From Myxococcota bacterium (GTDB taxonomy: Bacteria; Myxococcota_A; Polyangia; Polyangiales; Sandaracinaceae): a DNA stretch of 43,338 bases. The notes under the pieces are model-generated. The model was not told the origin of the DNA. It ran no database searches and was given only the letters and a program-made list of their open reading frames with translations. Shown in pieces: positions 34,630 to 43,338 of the stretch. The position numbers and the translations under genes were made by a program. The DNA lies in NCBI GenBank assembly GCA_036149055.1, contig JAYZQJ010000106.1, positions 1 to 43,338 on the forward strand, read 5' to 3'. Position 1 is the stretch's first letter. The number at the start of each line of letters is the position of its first letter.

Positions 34630-36168
34630 ATGCGCGGCCCGAGCGGAGCCCTCCTCGCCCTGCTGCTCGCCGGCTGCCTCGGCGGCGGCCGGCCGCCCAC
34701 GATCACGCGCCACGTCGGCGGTCGCGCGCGGCCCGGCATCTTCGTCTCCCCCTACTCGTACGAGCACTTCGTGCGCGGCGAGCTGGCCTACCAGCGCGGC
34801 GAGCTGCGCGCGGCGGCCGAGGAGTTCCGGCTCGCCCGAGCCGGCCCCGAGGACGACCCGCTCCTGATTGCGCGGCTCGCCGACGTGATGGACCGGCTCG
34901 GCCGCGAGGACGAGGCGATGGCGCTGCTGGCCCAGGGCGACGCGCTCGACGCCGAGTCGGAGCTGATCGCGCTCGCCCGCGGGACCCTGCACGAGCGGCA
35001 CGGCCGGCTGGACGAGGCGGCGGAGGCCTTCTCCCGCGCCGCCGCGATCGCGCCGCGCTCGGAGGCCGGCCCGCTCGCGCTCTCACGGGTGCTGCGAGCG
35101 CAGGACCGCGACGAGGAGGCGGACGCGACCCTGGAGCGCTTCCTCGATCGCGGCGAGGGCGCGGGCGCGGCCCGGGCTCGCCTCGCGCTCGCGGTGGAGC
35201 GCCGCGATCCGGTGGCGGCCGCGCAGGCGGTCCGCGCGCTCCTCGAGGCGGCGCCGGCCCGCGCGGACGAGGTCCGCGAGGCGGTCGAGGTGGCCCTGAC
35301 GACCGACCACCCGGAGCTCGCGCTCGAGCTGCTCGAGGCCCTTCCGGCCGGCGAAGAGGACCGCGAGCGTCGGCTGCGCGCGGCGCTCCTGGCCGGCGAC
35401 CGCGACCGGGCCGAGGGCATCCTCGCGCGCTGGATGCCCGAGGGCCCGGCGGAGCTGCTGCGGGTGGCCGAGGGCTACGTCGCGGTCGGCATGCCGGAGC
35501 GAGCGGTGGAGCTGGCGCGGGTGGCGACCGCCGCGGACGGCGGAGGCCCCGCGCGGCGGGTGCTCTCCGAGGCGCTGCGCGCGTCGGGCCGCGTCGGCGA
35601 GGCGGCGTGGACCGCGGCGCCGATCGCGCCCGGGAGCCAGGCCTGGCCGGAGGGCCCGCTCGCCCTCGCCGCCGCGCTGCGCGCCGCCGCCCGACCGGGG
35701 CTCGCGGCCGAGGTCCTCTCCCGCGCGCGGCGGACCCGCGACGCGCCGGCGCTGCGCCTGGCGCACGCGGACGCGCTCGCCGCCGCCGGCGCGCTCGACT
35801 CGGCCCTCGCCGTGCTCGAGGGAGACGGCCCCACGTTCGGGGTCGCGCGGGCGCGGCTCCTGGAGCGCGCGGGGCGGGCGGACGCGGCGGCGGCGGCGTG
35901 GGCCACCGTCCCGGCGGACGCCGCCGAGGTCGACGCGACGGCCCGGGCGCGCGCGCGGGTGGAGACGCTGTGGGCGCGGGGCGAGCACGACGCGGCCATC
36001 GACGGGCTCACGGAGCACGTCGCGCGCGCCCCCGAGGATCTGTGGGCGCGGGCTCGCCTGGCCGCGATGCTCCGGGCCGAGGGCGAGGACGGCCGCGCCC
36101 GCGAGATCACCGAGGCGGCGCTACCGCTCGCCGTCGAGCCGGCGCTGCGGCGCGCCCTCGGCGGCTGA
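34630..36168 (+). CDS. TPR-repeat lipoprotein
   Basis: Lipobox LAGC; YEHFVRGELAYQRGE and further Ala/Leu/Arg-rich TPR-like helices. Confidence 0.8.
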   Translation: MRGPSGALLALLLAGCLGGGRPPTITRHVGGRARPGIFVSPYSYEHFVRGELAYQRGELRAAAEEFRLARAGPEDDPLLIARLADVMDRLGREDEAMALLAQGDALDAESELIALARGTLHERHGRLDEAAEAFSRAAAIAPRSEAGPLALSRVLRAQDRDEEADATLERFLDRGEGAGAARARLALAVERRDPVAAAQAVRALLEAAPARADEVREAVEVALTTDHPELALELLEALPAGEEDRERRLRAALLAGDRDRAEGILARWMPEGPAELLRVAEGYVAVGMPERAVELARVATAADGGGPARRVLSEALRASGRVGEAAWTAAPIAPGSQAWPEGPLALAAALRAAARPGLAAEVLSRARRTRDAPALRLAHADALAAAGALDSALAVLEGDGPTFGVARARLLERAGRADAAAAAWATVPADAAEVDATARARARVETLWARGEHDAAIDGLTEHVARAPEDLWARARLAAMLRAEGEDGRAREITEAALPLAVEPALRRALGG

Positions 36169-37899
36169 CGACCCGGGCGGCGCGAGCGCCTCGAGCAGCG
36201 CCTCGCGGGTGAAGGGCTTGCGGAGCACGCGGGTGCCGGGCAACGCCTCGGTCGCCACCTGACCGCCCGACACGATGAGGATGGTGAGCTGCGGCTGATC
36301 GACGAGCAGCTCGCGCGCGAGGTCCGCCCCTCGGCCGTCCTCGAGCTCGAGCGCGCAGAGCACGACGTCGATCGGCGAGCGCTCGGCGGCGGCGCGCGCC
36401 TCGGCCGCGTTGGAGGCCTCGCGGACCCAGGCCCCGGTCGCCTGCAGCAGGCGGGCGACGCCCCGGCGGAGCGGCGCGTCGTCATCGACGATCAGCACCC
36501 TGCGCCCGCGCACCCGCGCCGCGAGGTCCTCGCGCTCCTGGGTGGTCTTGGCCGCGCGCGGCGCCCGGTCCAGGACGGGCAGCCAGAGCCGCACGCAGGT
36601 GCCCCGCCCGAGCTCCGACTCCACCTCGACCGCGCCCCCCGCCGCGTCGGCGAGCGCGAGCACGCTCCCGAGCCCGAGGCCGGTCCCGGCGCCCGAGGCC
36701 GCCTTGGTGGAGAAGAACGGCTCGAAGATCCGCGCCCGCGTCTCGTCGCTCATGCCCTCGCCCCCGTCGCGCACGGAGACCCGCGCGTAGCGGCCGGGGC
36801 GAGCGCGCAGCGGGGCCGGGCCCTCCCCGGGCTCGAGCGTCGTCACGTCGCTCGTCAGCGCGATGCGCCCGCCCTCCGGCATCGCGTCGCGGGCGTTGGA
36901 GCAGAGGTTGAGGATGGCCCGGTCGAGCGCCCCCGAGCCCACCTCGAGCCAGCCCCGGGCCTCTGCGCGCACGTCGAGCTCGACGTTCCGCGGCAGGAGC
37001 CTCCGGGCGAGCGCGGCGACCCGCGGCAGCGCGCGCGACAGCTCGGTGGTGGAGCCCGTCTGGTCCTCCTCGCGCGCGAAGGCGAGCAGCCCGCCGGTCA
37101 GCTCCGCGCCCCGGGTCACCGCCTCCAGGATATCTTCGCGCGCCTCGAGCTGCGACGGCTCCTCGGGGCGCAGGAACTCGGCGCCCGCCCGGATCACCGC
37201 GAGCAGGTTGTTGAGGTCGTGCGCGATGCCTCCCGCGAAGCGCCCCAGCGCCTCCATGCGCCGCTCCCGGGCCACGTCCCGCGCCTGCTGGGCGAGCACC
37301 TCGTGCCGGATCTCGAGGTTGCGCACCCCGTAGGCGCCCGGGCCGATCAAGAAGAACGCCATCGCGAGCAGGTTGGCGAGCTGCACGTAGGGCGACGCCG
37401 GCACCCGCGGCGGGGCCAGCCCGGCGTGCTCGAGGGTGAAGAGCGCCCCGATGATGCCGATCGCGATCAGCGCCCACACCACGCCCGTCCGGCGCATCCC
37501 GAGGAGGAGAGCGCCGAACGGGGGCAGCAACATCCACTGCGCGGCGATGATGAAGAAGCCGCCCCGGAACCAGCCCACGCAGGCGATGGCCGAGATCGCG
37601 ACGGCGCAGAGGAACTGGTACGCGACCGCGACCGACAGCCGCGCCGCCACGAGCGAGGTGAAGGGGGCCAGCGCGGCCCCGGCGAGGAGCGCGGCCGCCG
37701 CGCCCGAGAGGTCGTAGACGAAGTACTGGACCGCCGCCTGCGCGGCGAACACCGGCGGCACCGCGATGGAGAGCCATCGCATCCAGCGCCGGTGGTGCGC
37801 TTCGAGCCACACCTCCTGCGGCACCCTCGCGGATGCCGAGGCCTCGTCCCCCTCGATGGCCACGACCCAGGATACACCCGGGGCGCGAGGCGGCGTCAA
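36121..37899 (-). CDS. Membrane hybrid sensor histidine kinase
   Basis: Multi-TM N-terminus; FAGGIAHDLNNLL, NLCSNARDAM, FEPFFSTK, GTGLGL; receiver VLIVDDD; TTG start overlaps the MFP stop. Confidence 0.88.
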   Translation of the reverse strand: MTPPRAPGVSWVVAIEGDEASASARVPQEVWLEAHHRRWMRWLSIAVPPVFAAQAAVQYFVYDLSGAAAALLAGAALAPFTSLVAARLSVAVAYQFLCAVAISAIACVGWFRGGFFIIAAQWMLLPPFGALLLGMRRTGVVWALIAIGIIGALFTLEHAGLAPPRVPASPYVQLANLLAMAFFLIGPGAYGVRNLEIRHEVLAQQARDVARERRMEALGRFAGGIAHDLNNLLAVIRAGAEFLRPEEPSQLEAREDILEAVTRGAELTGGLLAFAREEDQTGSTTELSRALPRVAALARRLLPRNVELDVRAEARGWLEVGSGALDRAILNLCSNARDAMPEGGRIALTSDVTTLEPGEGPAPLRARPGRYARVSVRDGGEGMSDETRARIFEPFFSTKAASGAGTGLGLGSVLALADAAGGAVEVESELGRGTCVRLWLPVLDRAPRAAKTTQEREDLAARVRGRRVLIVDDDAPLRRGVARLLQATGAWVREASNAAEARAAAERSPIDVVLCALELEDGRGADLARELLVDQPQLTILIVSGGQVATEALPGTRVLRKPFTREALLEALAPPGSSAAEGAPQRRLDGER

Positions 37900-39131
37900 C
37901 GCGCCTCGACCGGGGTCCCGTCCGTCACCTGATCGGAGGGGTGCGCAACCAGCCTGTCACCCTCCTCCACCCCGCCCAGGATCTGCACCTCGAGGCCATT
38001 GCGCCTCCCGGTCTCCACAGGCGTGAGGCGGGCGACGCCCCCTTCGATCGCGTACACCGCCCAGCCGCCCGCGTGCCGGAACACCGCGTTGGCCGGCACC
38101 CGCAGCACGTCCGCCTCCTCCCAGATCACGATCTGGGTCTCGACCCGGTAGCCGTCGCCGAGGCGCTGCCAGGCCTCGCCCGGGCTGTCGAGATCGATGA
38201 CCACGTTGATGCGCTGCTCCTCGACCCCGAGCGCGCTGGTGCGAGTGAACGCGCTCGGCTCGATGAGGCGCACGTGGGCGTCGAGCGGGTCGCCGCCCCA
38301 GCGCTCGACGATCACGCGCTGCCCCGGCTCGATCTGGACGGCGTCGCTCGTCAACACATCGACCGCGATCTCGAGGTGCGAGGGATCCCCGAGCTCCAGC
38401 AGCGGGGTGCCCGCCTGCACCACCCCCGCGCTCTCGTGCATGACCCGGAGCACCTGCCCCTCGATGGGCGAGGTGACCTCCATCTGCTCGCCCGCGTCCT
38501 CGCCCTGATCGAAGCGGCCGAGCGCGGCGCGCGCCATCTCGAGCTGATGCGCGGCGACGCGGACGCCGAACTCGGCGCTCGTGAGCTCCTCGCGCCGGCT
38601 GCGCCGCTCGAGCTCCACCCGGTCGAGCGCCTCCTGGGCCAGCGTGCCGCGCTGCACGAGCCGCTGATGCCGACCGACCTGCGTCTCCGCGAAGGTCAGC
38701 GCGGCGCGCCCCCGCTCGACCGAGGCCCGGGCCTGCCGGAGCTGCGCGGCGGAGGCCGCCACCCTCGCCTCCGCCTCCGCGCGGGACTGCGCGTCCATCA
38801 GCGGGCGCGCGAGGGGCACGAGCCTGGCGAGCACCGCGCCCTCGCTCACCGGGTCGCCGGGGTCCAGCTCGATCCGCCCCAGGTTGCCGGTGAGGGGCGC
38901 GCTCAGCACGTAGCGATCGCTGACCCGGGAGCGGCCGTCCTCGTCGACGGTGACCCGCAGCGGCCCGCGCTCCACCAGGGCGACGTCGACCAGAACCGGC
39001 TTGGGCAAGAACGCCACCACGATCATCGCGAGCAGCCCGAGGGCCGCGCCGATCCAGAGCGAGCGCTTCAGCCACTTCACGAAGCTGCGCTTGCCGTTCT
39101 TCCTGCGCTGCGGCGGTGCGTCGGTCGCCAT
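37896..39131 (-). CDS. Efflux periplasmic adaptor subunit (HlyD/MacA-type MFP)
   Basis: TM anchor; VTVDEDGRSRV..RYVLSAPLTG, SPIEGQVLRV and SALGVEEQRINV. Confidence 0.9.
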   Translation of the reverse strand: MATDAPPQRRKNGKRSFVKWLKRSLWIGAALGLLAMIVVAFLPKPVLVDVALVERGPLRVTVDEDGRSRVSDRYVLSAPLTGNLGRIELDPGDPVSEGAVLARLVPLARPLMDAQSRAEAEARVAASAAQLRQARASVERGRAALTFAETQVGRHQRLVQRGTLAQEALDRVELERRSRREELTSAEFGVRVAAHQLEMARAALGRFDQGEDAGEQMEVTSPIEGQVLRVMHESAGVVQAGTPLLELGDPSHLEIAVDVLTSDAVQIEPGQRVIVERWGGDPLDAHVRLIEPSAFTRTSALGVEEQRINVVIDLDSPGEAWQRLGDGYRVETQIVIWEEADVLRVPANAVFRHAGGWAVYAIEGGVARLTPVETGRRNGLEVQILGGVEEGDRLVAHPSDQVTDGTPVEAR

Positions 39132-39133
39132 GT

Positions 39134-41503
39134 TCACTCCCGGGTCTTCAAGACCGCGATCAGGTCGAGGTGGTCGAGCTTGCGGCGGACGAGCAGCGCG
39201 CTGACGAGGCCCGCGCCGAGGATCACCGCCGTCGAGAAGGCGTAGGTCTGGCTCGAGACCATCGCGGCCATCCGGTACCGCTCGGGGTCGGCCATCGCCA
39301 TCATGCCTTCGGCCATGAGCGTCCCCAGCCAGAGCCCGAGCGGGATGGCCAGCAGCACCTGCACCGCGAGCTCACCGAGGAGGACCGCGCTGATCTCGCG
39401 GCGCGTGAAGCCGAGCACCCGCAGCGAGGCGAGATCCCGGCTGCGCATCGAGAGCGCGACCCGCGCGTTGTTGTAGACGACGCCGATCGCGATCACGACG
39501 GCGAAGAGCGTCAGGATGAAGGTCATCGCGCCCCAGGTCTGCCCGGTCTGCGCGCGGGTCCGCGAGATGAGCCCGGTGCGCGAGAACAGGCTCTGCACCC
39601 CGCTGCGATCGCGGAGCCGGCGGCGCAGCTCGTCCTCCCGCGCCGGGTCGATGTCGAGCAGCACGGTGTTGACGGTGCGCTCCTCCCCGACGAGCGCGGC
39701 GAGGCTGTCGATGTGCATGTAGGCCTGCAGGCCGAACATCTCGTCGATCGTGCCGCTGATCGGGACGCGGTAGGTGCCGCGGTTCCCCTCCCGCACCTGC
39801 ACCTCGACCCGGTCGCCCACCCCCACGCCGAGGAGCGCGGCGAGCGTGCTCTCCATGAGGAGCCCCTCGCGCGGCAGCTCGATCTCCTCTCCTCGCGCGT
39901 CCTGCAGCCGGCGCAGCTCGAGCCTCCCGGGCCGCCCGAAGACCACCGCGTCGCGGTGCACCGCCCCGCTCGTGAAGCGCACCGGCACCGCGCGCATGCC
40001 CTCGGCGTGGGTGACGCCAGGCAGGTGCGCGAGCTCGCCGACCACGCGCTCCGGCATCGGCCGGACGAGCTGCACGGCCAGGTCCTCGGTCATCGCGCGC
40101 TGGAAGACCTGCGCGATGAGGTGCTCGAACGCGTCCATGCCCGAGCGCCCGGCCACGAGGATGGCGAGCGCCATCGAGATCCCGAGCGCGCTGAGCGCGG
40201 TCCGCAGCGGCCGCCGCGTGATCTCGCGGAAGACCATGCGCGCCGAGGTCCCGAACAGCCCCATCAGCCCGACGCGCTCGAAGATCGATCGCGTGTAGCG
40301 CGCGGGCGGCGGCGGCCGCATCGCCTCGGCGGGGGGCAGCTTCACCACCTGGCGCACCGCGATCGACGCCCCGACCACCGCCGCGAAGAGGCTGACGCCC
40401 ACGCCGACGAGCGCGACCTGCGGGTCGAGCTGGTAGCGCAGCAGCGGCATGCGGAAGTACTCGGTGTAGAGCTCGGTGAACTTCGCGCCGAGCCACCAGC
40501 CGGCGAGGATGCCGATCAGCGCGCCGAGGAAGACGACCACGCTGACCAGCTTCAGGTAGTGCAACCCGATCGAGAGATCCGGGTAGCCGAGCGCCTTGAG
40601 CGCGGCGATCTGCGGGCGCTGGAGGTGGATCAGCCGCGCGAGCACGATGTTGAGCAGGAAGGCGGCGACGGCGAGGAAGATGAACGGCACGAAGGTCGCC
40701 ATCGACTCGAGCTGAAGGAGCTCCTGCGTGAGGAAGTAGTTCGACTCCTGCCGCGATCGGGGCAGCGCGCCGAAGCCGCCGTAGGGCTCGAGGGTGCGGT
40801 CCACCGCGTCGATCACCGCGTCCTCGCTCGCGCCCGGCTGCAGGGTGAGCACCAGATCGTCGAACGCGCCCTCCATCTGGAAGACCGCGCTCGCCGCGTC
40901 CTCGAACATCCAGACGATCGCGAAGGCGTTCGGCTCGGGCATCGCGTTGCCCGGCTCGAGCGCGAAGACGAACTCGGGCGAGAGCGCGGTGCCCACCACG
41001 CGCAGCTCCCGCCGCGAGCCGTTGAGGAGCGCCACCAGCGTGTCGCCTGGCTCGATGGCCCGCGCCTCGGCGAAGTTGTCGAGCAGGAGCACCTCGTCGG
41101 CGTGCCCCGGCTCCGGCCAGCGCCCTCGCATCACCTCGAGCCCGTTCATCGGCGGCGCGCTGCCGTCGCTCGGGATGCTGAGCACCAGCCCGCTCGAGGG
41201 CTCGGGCTCGCCGGGGAACGGCAGGTAGACGAGCTCCGAGACCCGCGGGTAGACCCGCGCCACTCCGTCGAGTCGCTCGATCCGTCGGGCGACGCTGCGC
41301 GGGACCCGCTTGGCCTGGGCGAAGACGTCCGCCATGCGCTGCCGCTCGTAGTACGCGTCGCGCGAGGCGAAGAGGCTCGAGTAGGTGCCGCGCAGGGTGA
41401 CGTAGGTGGCGATGCCGGCCGCGACCACGAGCGCGATCGTCAGCACCTGCCCGCGCAGCGTGCCGAGATCCCGGAAGAGCTTGCGGTCGAGGGCCGAGAG
41501 CAC
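39134..41503 (-). CDS. ABC transporter permease (duplicated MacB_PCD/FtsX)
   Basis: [32 protein letters not shown]; 789 aa. Confidence 0.92.
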   Translation of the reverse strand: MLSALDRKLFRDLGTLRGQVLTIALVVAAGIATYVTLRGTYSSLFASRDAYYERQRMADVFAQAKRVPRSVARRIERLDGVARVYPRVSELVYLPFPGEPEPSSGLVLSIPSDGSAPPMNGLEVMRGRWPEPGHADEVLLLDNFAEARAIEPGDTLVALLNGSRRELRVVGTALSPEFVFALEPGNAMPEPNAFAIVWMFEDAASAVFQMEGAFDDLVLTLQPGASEDAVIDAVDRTLEPYGGFGALPRSRQESNYFLTQELLQLESMATFVPFIFLAVAAFLLNIVLARLIHLQRPQIAALKALGYPDLSIGLHYLKLVSVVVFLGALIGILAGWWLGAKFTELYTEYFRMPLLRYQLDPQVALVGVGVSLFAAVVGASIAVRQVVKLPPAEAMRPPPPARYTRSIFERVGLMGLFGTSARMVFREITRRPLRTALSALGISMALAILVAGRSGMDAFEHLIAQVFQRAMTEDLAVQLVRPMPERVVGELAHLPGVTHAEGMRAVPVRFTSGAVHRDAVVFGRPGRLELRRLQDARGEEIELPREGLLMESTLAALLGVGVGDRVEVQVREGNRGTYRVPISGTIDEMFGLQAYMHIDSLAALVGEERTVNTVLLDIDPAREDELRRRLRDRSGVQSLFSRTGLISRTRAQTGQTWGAMTFILTLFAVVIAIGVVYNNARVALSMRSRDLASLRVLGFTRREISAVLLGELAVQVLLAIPLGLWLGTLMAEGMMAMADPERYRMAAMVSSQTYAFSTAVILGAGLVSALLVRRKLDHLDLIAVLKTRE

Positions 41504-41506
41504 CGG

Positions 41507-42211
<705 letters not shown>

Positions 42212-42234
42212 GCCCGCCTCCCGCCGCTGGACCA

Positions 42235-42288
42235 ACCACCGGTTCGACCGGTGGTCTAAAGAATGCGCATGCCCTCCGCGGAGTCAAC
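42235..42288 (-). promoter_or_regulatory. Putative promoter and palindromic operator of the ABC exporter operon
   Basis: Minus strand TTGACT-N16-CATTCT, followed by the perfect inverted repeat ACCACCGGT-N3-ACCGGTGGT (42235-42255). Confidence 0.5.
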
Positions 42289-42302
42289 CCGCGGACGCCG
42301 AC

Positions 42303-43076
42303 TCATTCCGGCAGGTCGAACGCCCGGCGCAGCCCGGGGCGCATGGACTCCCACTGCGCCTGGGTCACGAAGTGCCAGCCGATGACGCGGAGGCCGGCCT
42401 CGCCGCGGTTGCGGGTCATGACCGTCAGCATGTGACTCGTCGCGCAGGTGAACCGCACCAGGTGAACGGCCTGCACTCGCTGGCGCCACGCCTGGTAGGT
42501 CTGGTCCTGGTCGGTGATCGACGTCTGGATGTGACCGAGGATGCCCGCGTCGTAGCTGACGATGACGTCGAAGGGCCCGCAGGTCTGCGGCTGACCGCGC
42601 TGCAGGCTGACGCTCATCTCGCGCAGGCGCTGCCCGTCGTCGTCGCCGACCACGCCGACCATCGCCGCGATCCCGCCGAGCCCCATCTGCTGCAGGCCCG
42701 ACTGCGCGATGCGCTGCGCGACCCGCGCGCCGGCCATCGTCATGTCCTGGTTCAGCGCCGCGAGCGGATCCTCCGCGTCGCCCATGATCGCGATGTAGAG
42801 CACGCGCGAGAGCCGCTCGTACTGGACGTCGCCGCCGCTCGACTGCGTGCTCATGCCGGCGATCAGCGCCTCCGCCCCGCGCCGGCCTTGCAGGTCGACG
42901 ACCTGCGCCAGCGCGTTCGGGTTCGACTGCGTCGCCGCCAGCGCGTTCTTCGTCGCGTCGACGTGGCTGCGCTCGGCCTGGCTGAGCTCGAACTGGTACC
43001 AGGTGTGCGAGCAGCCGCCGAGCGCCAGCCCGATCACGCCGCCGACCACCCAGACCGCGAGAGCGTTCCCCCTCAT
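42303..43076 (-). CDS. Lipoprotein, unknown function
   Basis: Lipobox LGGC after a hydrophobic segment; host-like codon usage. Confidence 0.75.
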   Translation of the reverse strand: MRGNALAVWVVGGVIGLALGGCSHTWYQFELSQAERSHVDATKNALAATQSNPNALAQVVDLQGRRGAEALIAGMSTQSSGGDVQYERLSRVLYIAIMGDAEDPLAALNQDMTMAGARVAQRIAQSGLQQMGLGGIAAMVGVVGDDDGQRLREMSVSLQRGQPQTCGPFDVIVSYDAGILGHIQTSITDQDQTYQAWRQRVQAVHLVRFTCATSHMLTVMTRNRGEAGLRVIGWHFVTQAQWESMRPGLRRAFDLPE

Positions 43077-43107
43077 GCCCCAAGGCATACCACGAACGGC
43101 CTCCGCG

Positions 43108-43338
43108 GACGGCAGGCGACGAGCGCAGCGAGGTTCGCCGCACGCGCCCCCCCGGGTTAGGTGGCAAACAATGGCGCCGGGGCTGCCCGAGCCCGCTTCC
43201 ACGGCGACTGACCCGAGACGACGGCAGGCGACGAGCGCAGCGAGATCGCCGCACGCGCCACCACCCATGTTCGATCCCGCGGCAGCGGGCGGCCAGCGAG
43301 CGCGCAGCGCGAGCGCGAGCCGCAGGGGACCCAGCGCC
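43108..43338. repeat. Direct repeats plus REP-like element (right copy, truncated by window end)
   Basis: gacggcaggcgacgagcgcagcgag..tcgccgcacgcgcc at 43108-43148 and 43220-43259; 43269-43338 matches 23-92. Confidence 0.8.

Overview
Very GC-rich chromosomal window from a myxobacterium, judged from a MYXO-CTERM-like tail, DUF2378, DUF4215 Cys-rich repeats, AgmX-type C-terminal domains and PEGA/TPR-lipoprotein pairs; Polyangia/Sandaracinus-like is an inference. It holds about 37 plausible CDSs. Housekeeping and stress genes: aspC-type aminotransferase, USP, htpG, ctaA, a Grx4-HesB-rhodanese fusion, a FadF-like Fe-S oxidoreductase and a MacAB/LolCDE-type exporter. There are many envelope/secreted proteins and two hybrid kinases with non-canonical receivers. 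Most interesting: (1) a compact LeuDH-like / DUF2378 / ThDP enzyme / non-canonical KAS III / hybrid kinase locus that looks like a small-molecule (acyloin or furanolide) synthesis-plus-sensing unit; (2) a TPR - small lipoprotein - MAT-like adhesive fibre operon with an apparently swapped C-terminal tip; (3) orphan SctR/FliP and FliO genes embedded in unrelated operons; (4) a modular non-CRISPR intergenic repeat array and a palindromic repeat element present at both window ends. No rRNA, tRNA, CRISPR, transposase or integrase was seen. All family assignments come from motif recognition by eye, not database searches.
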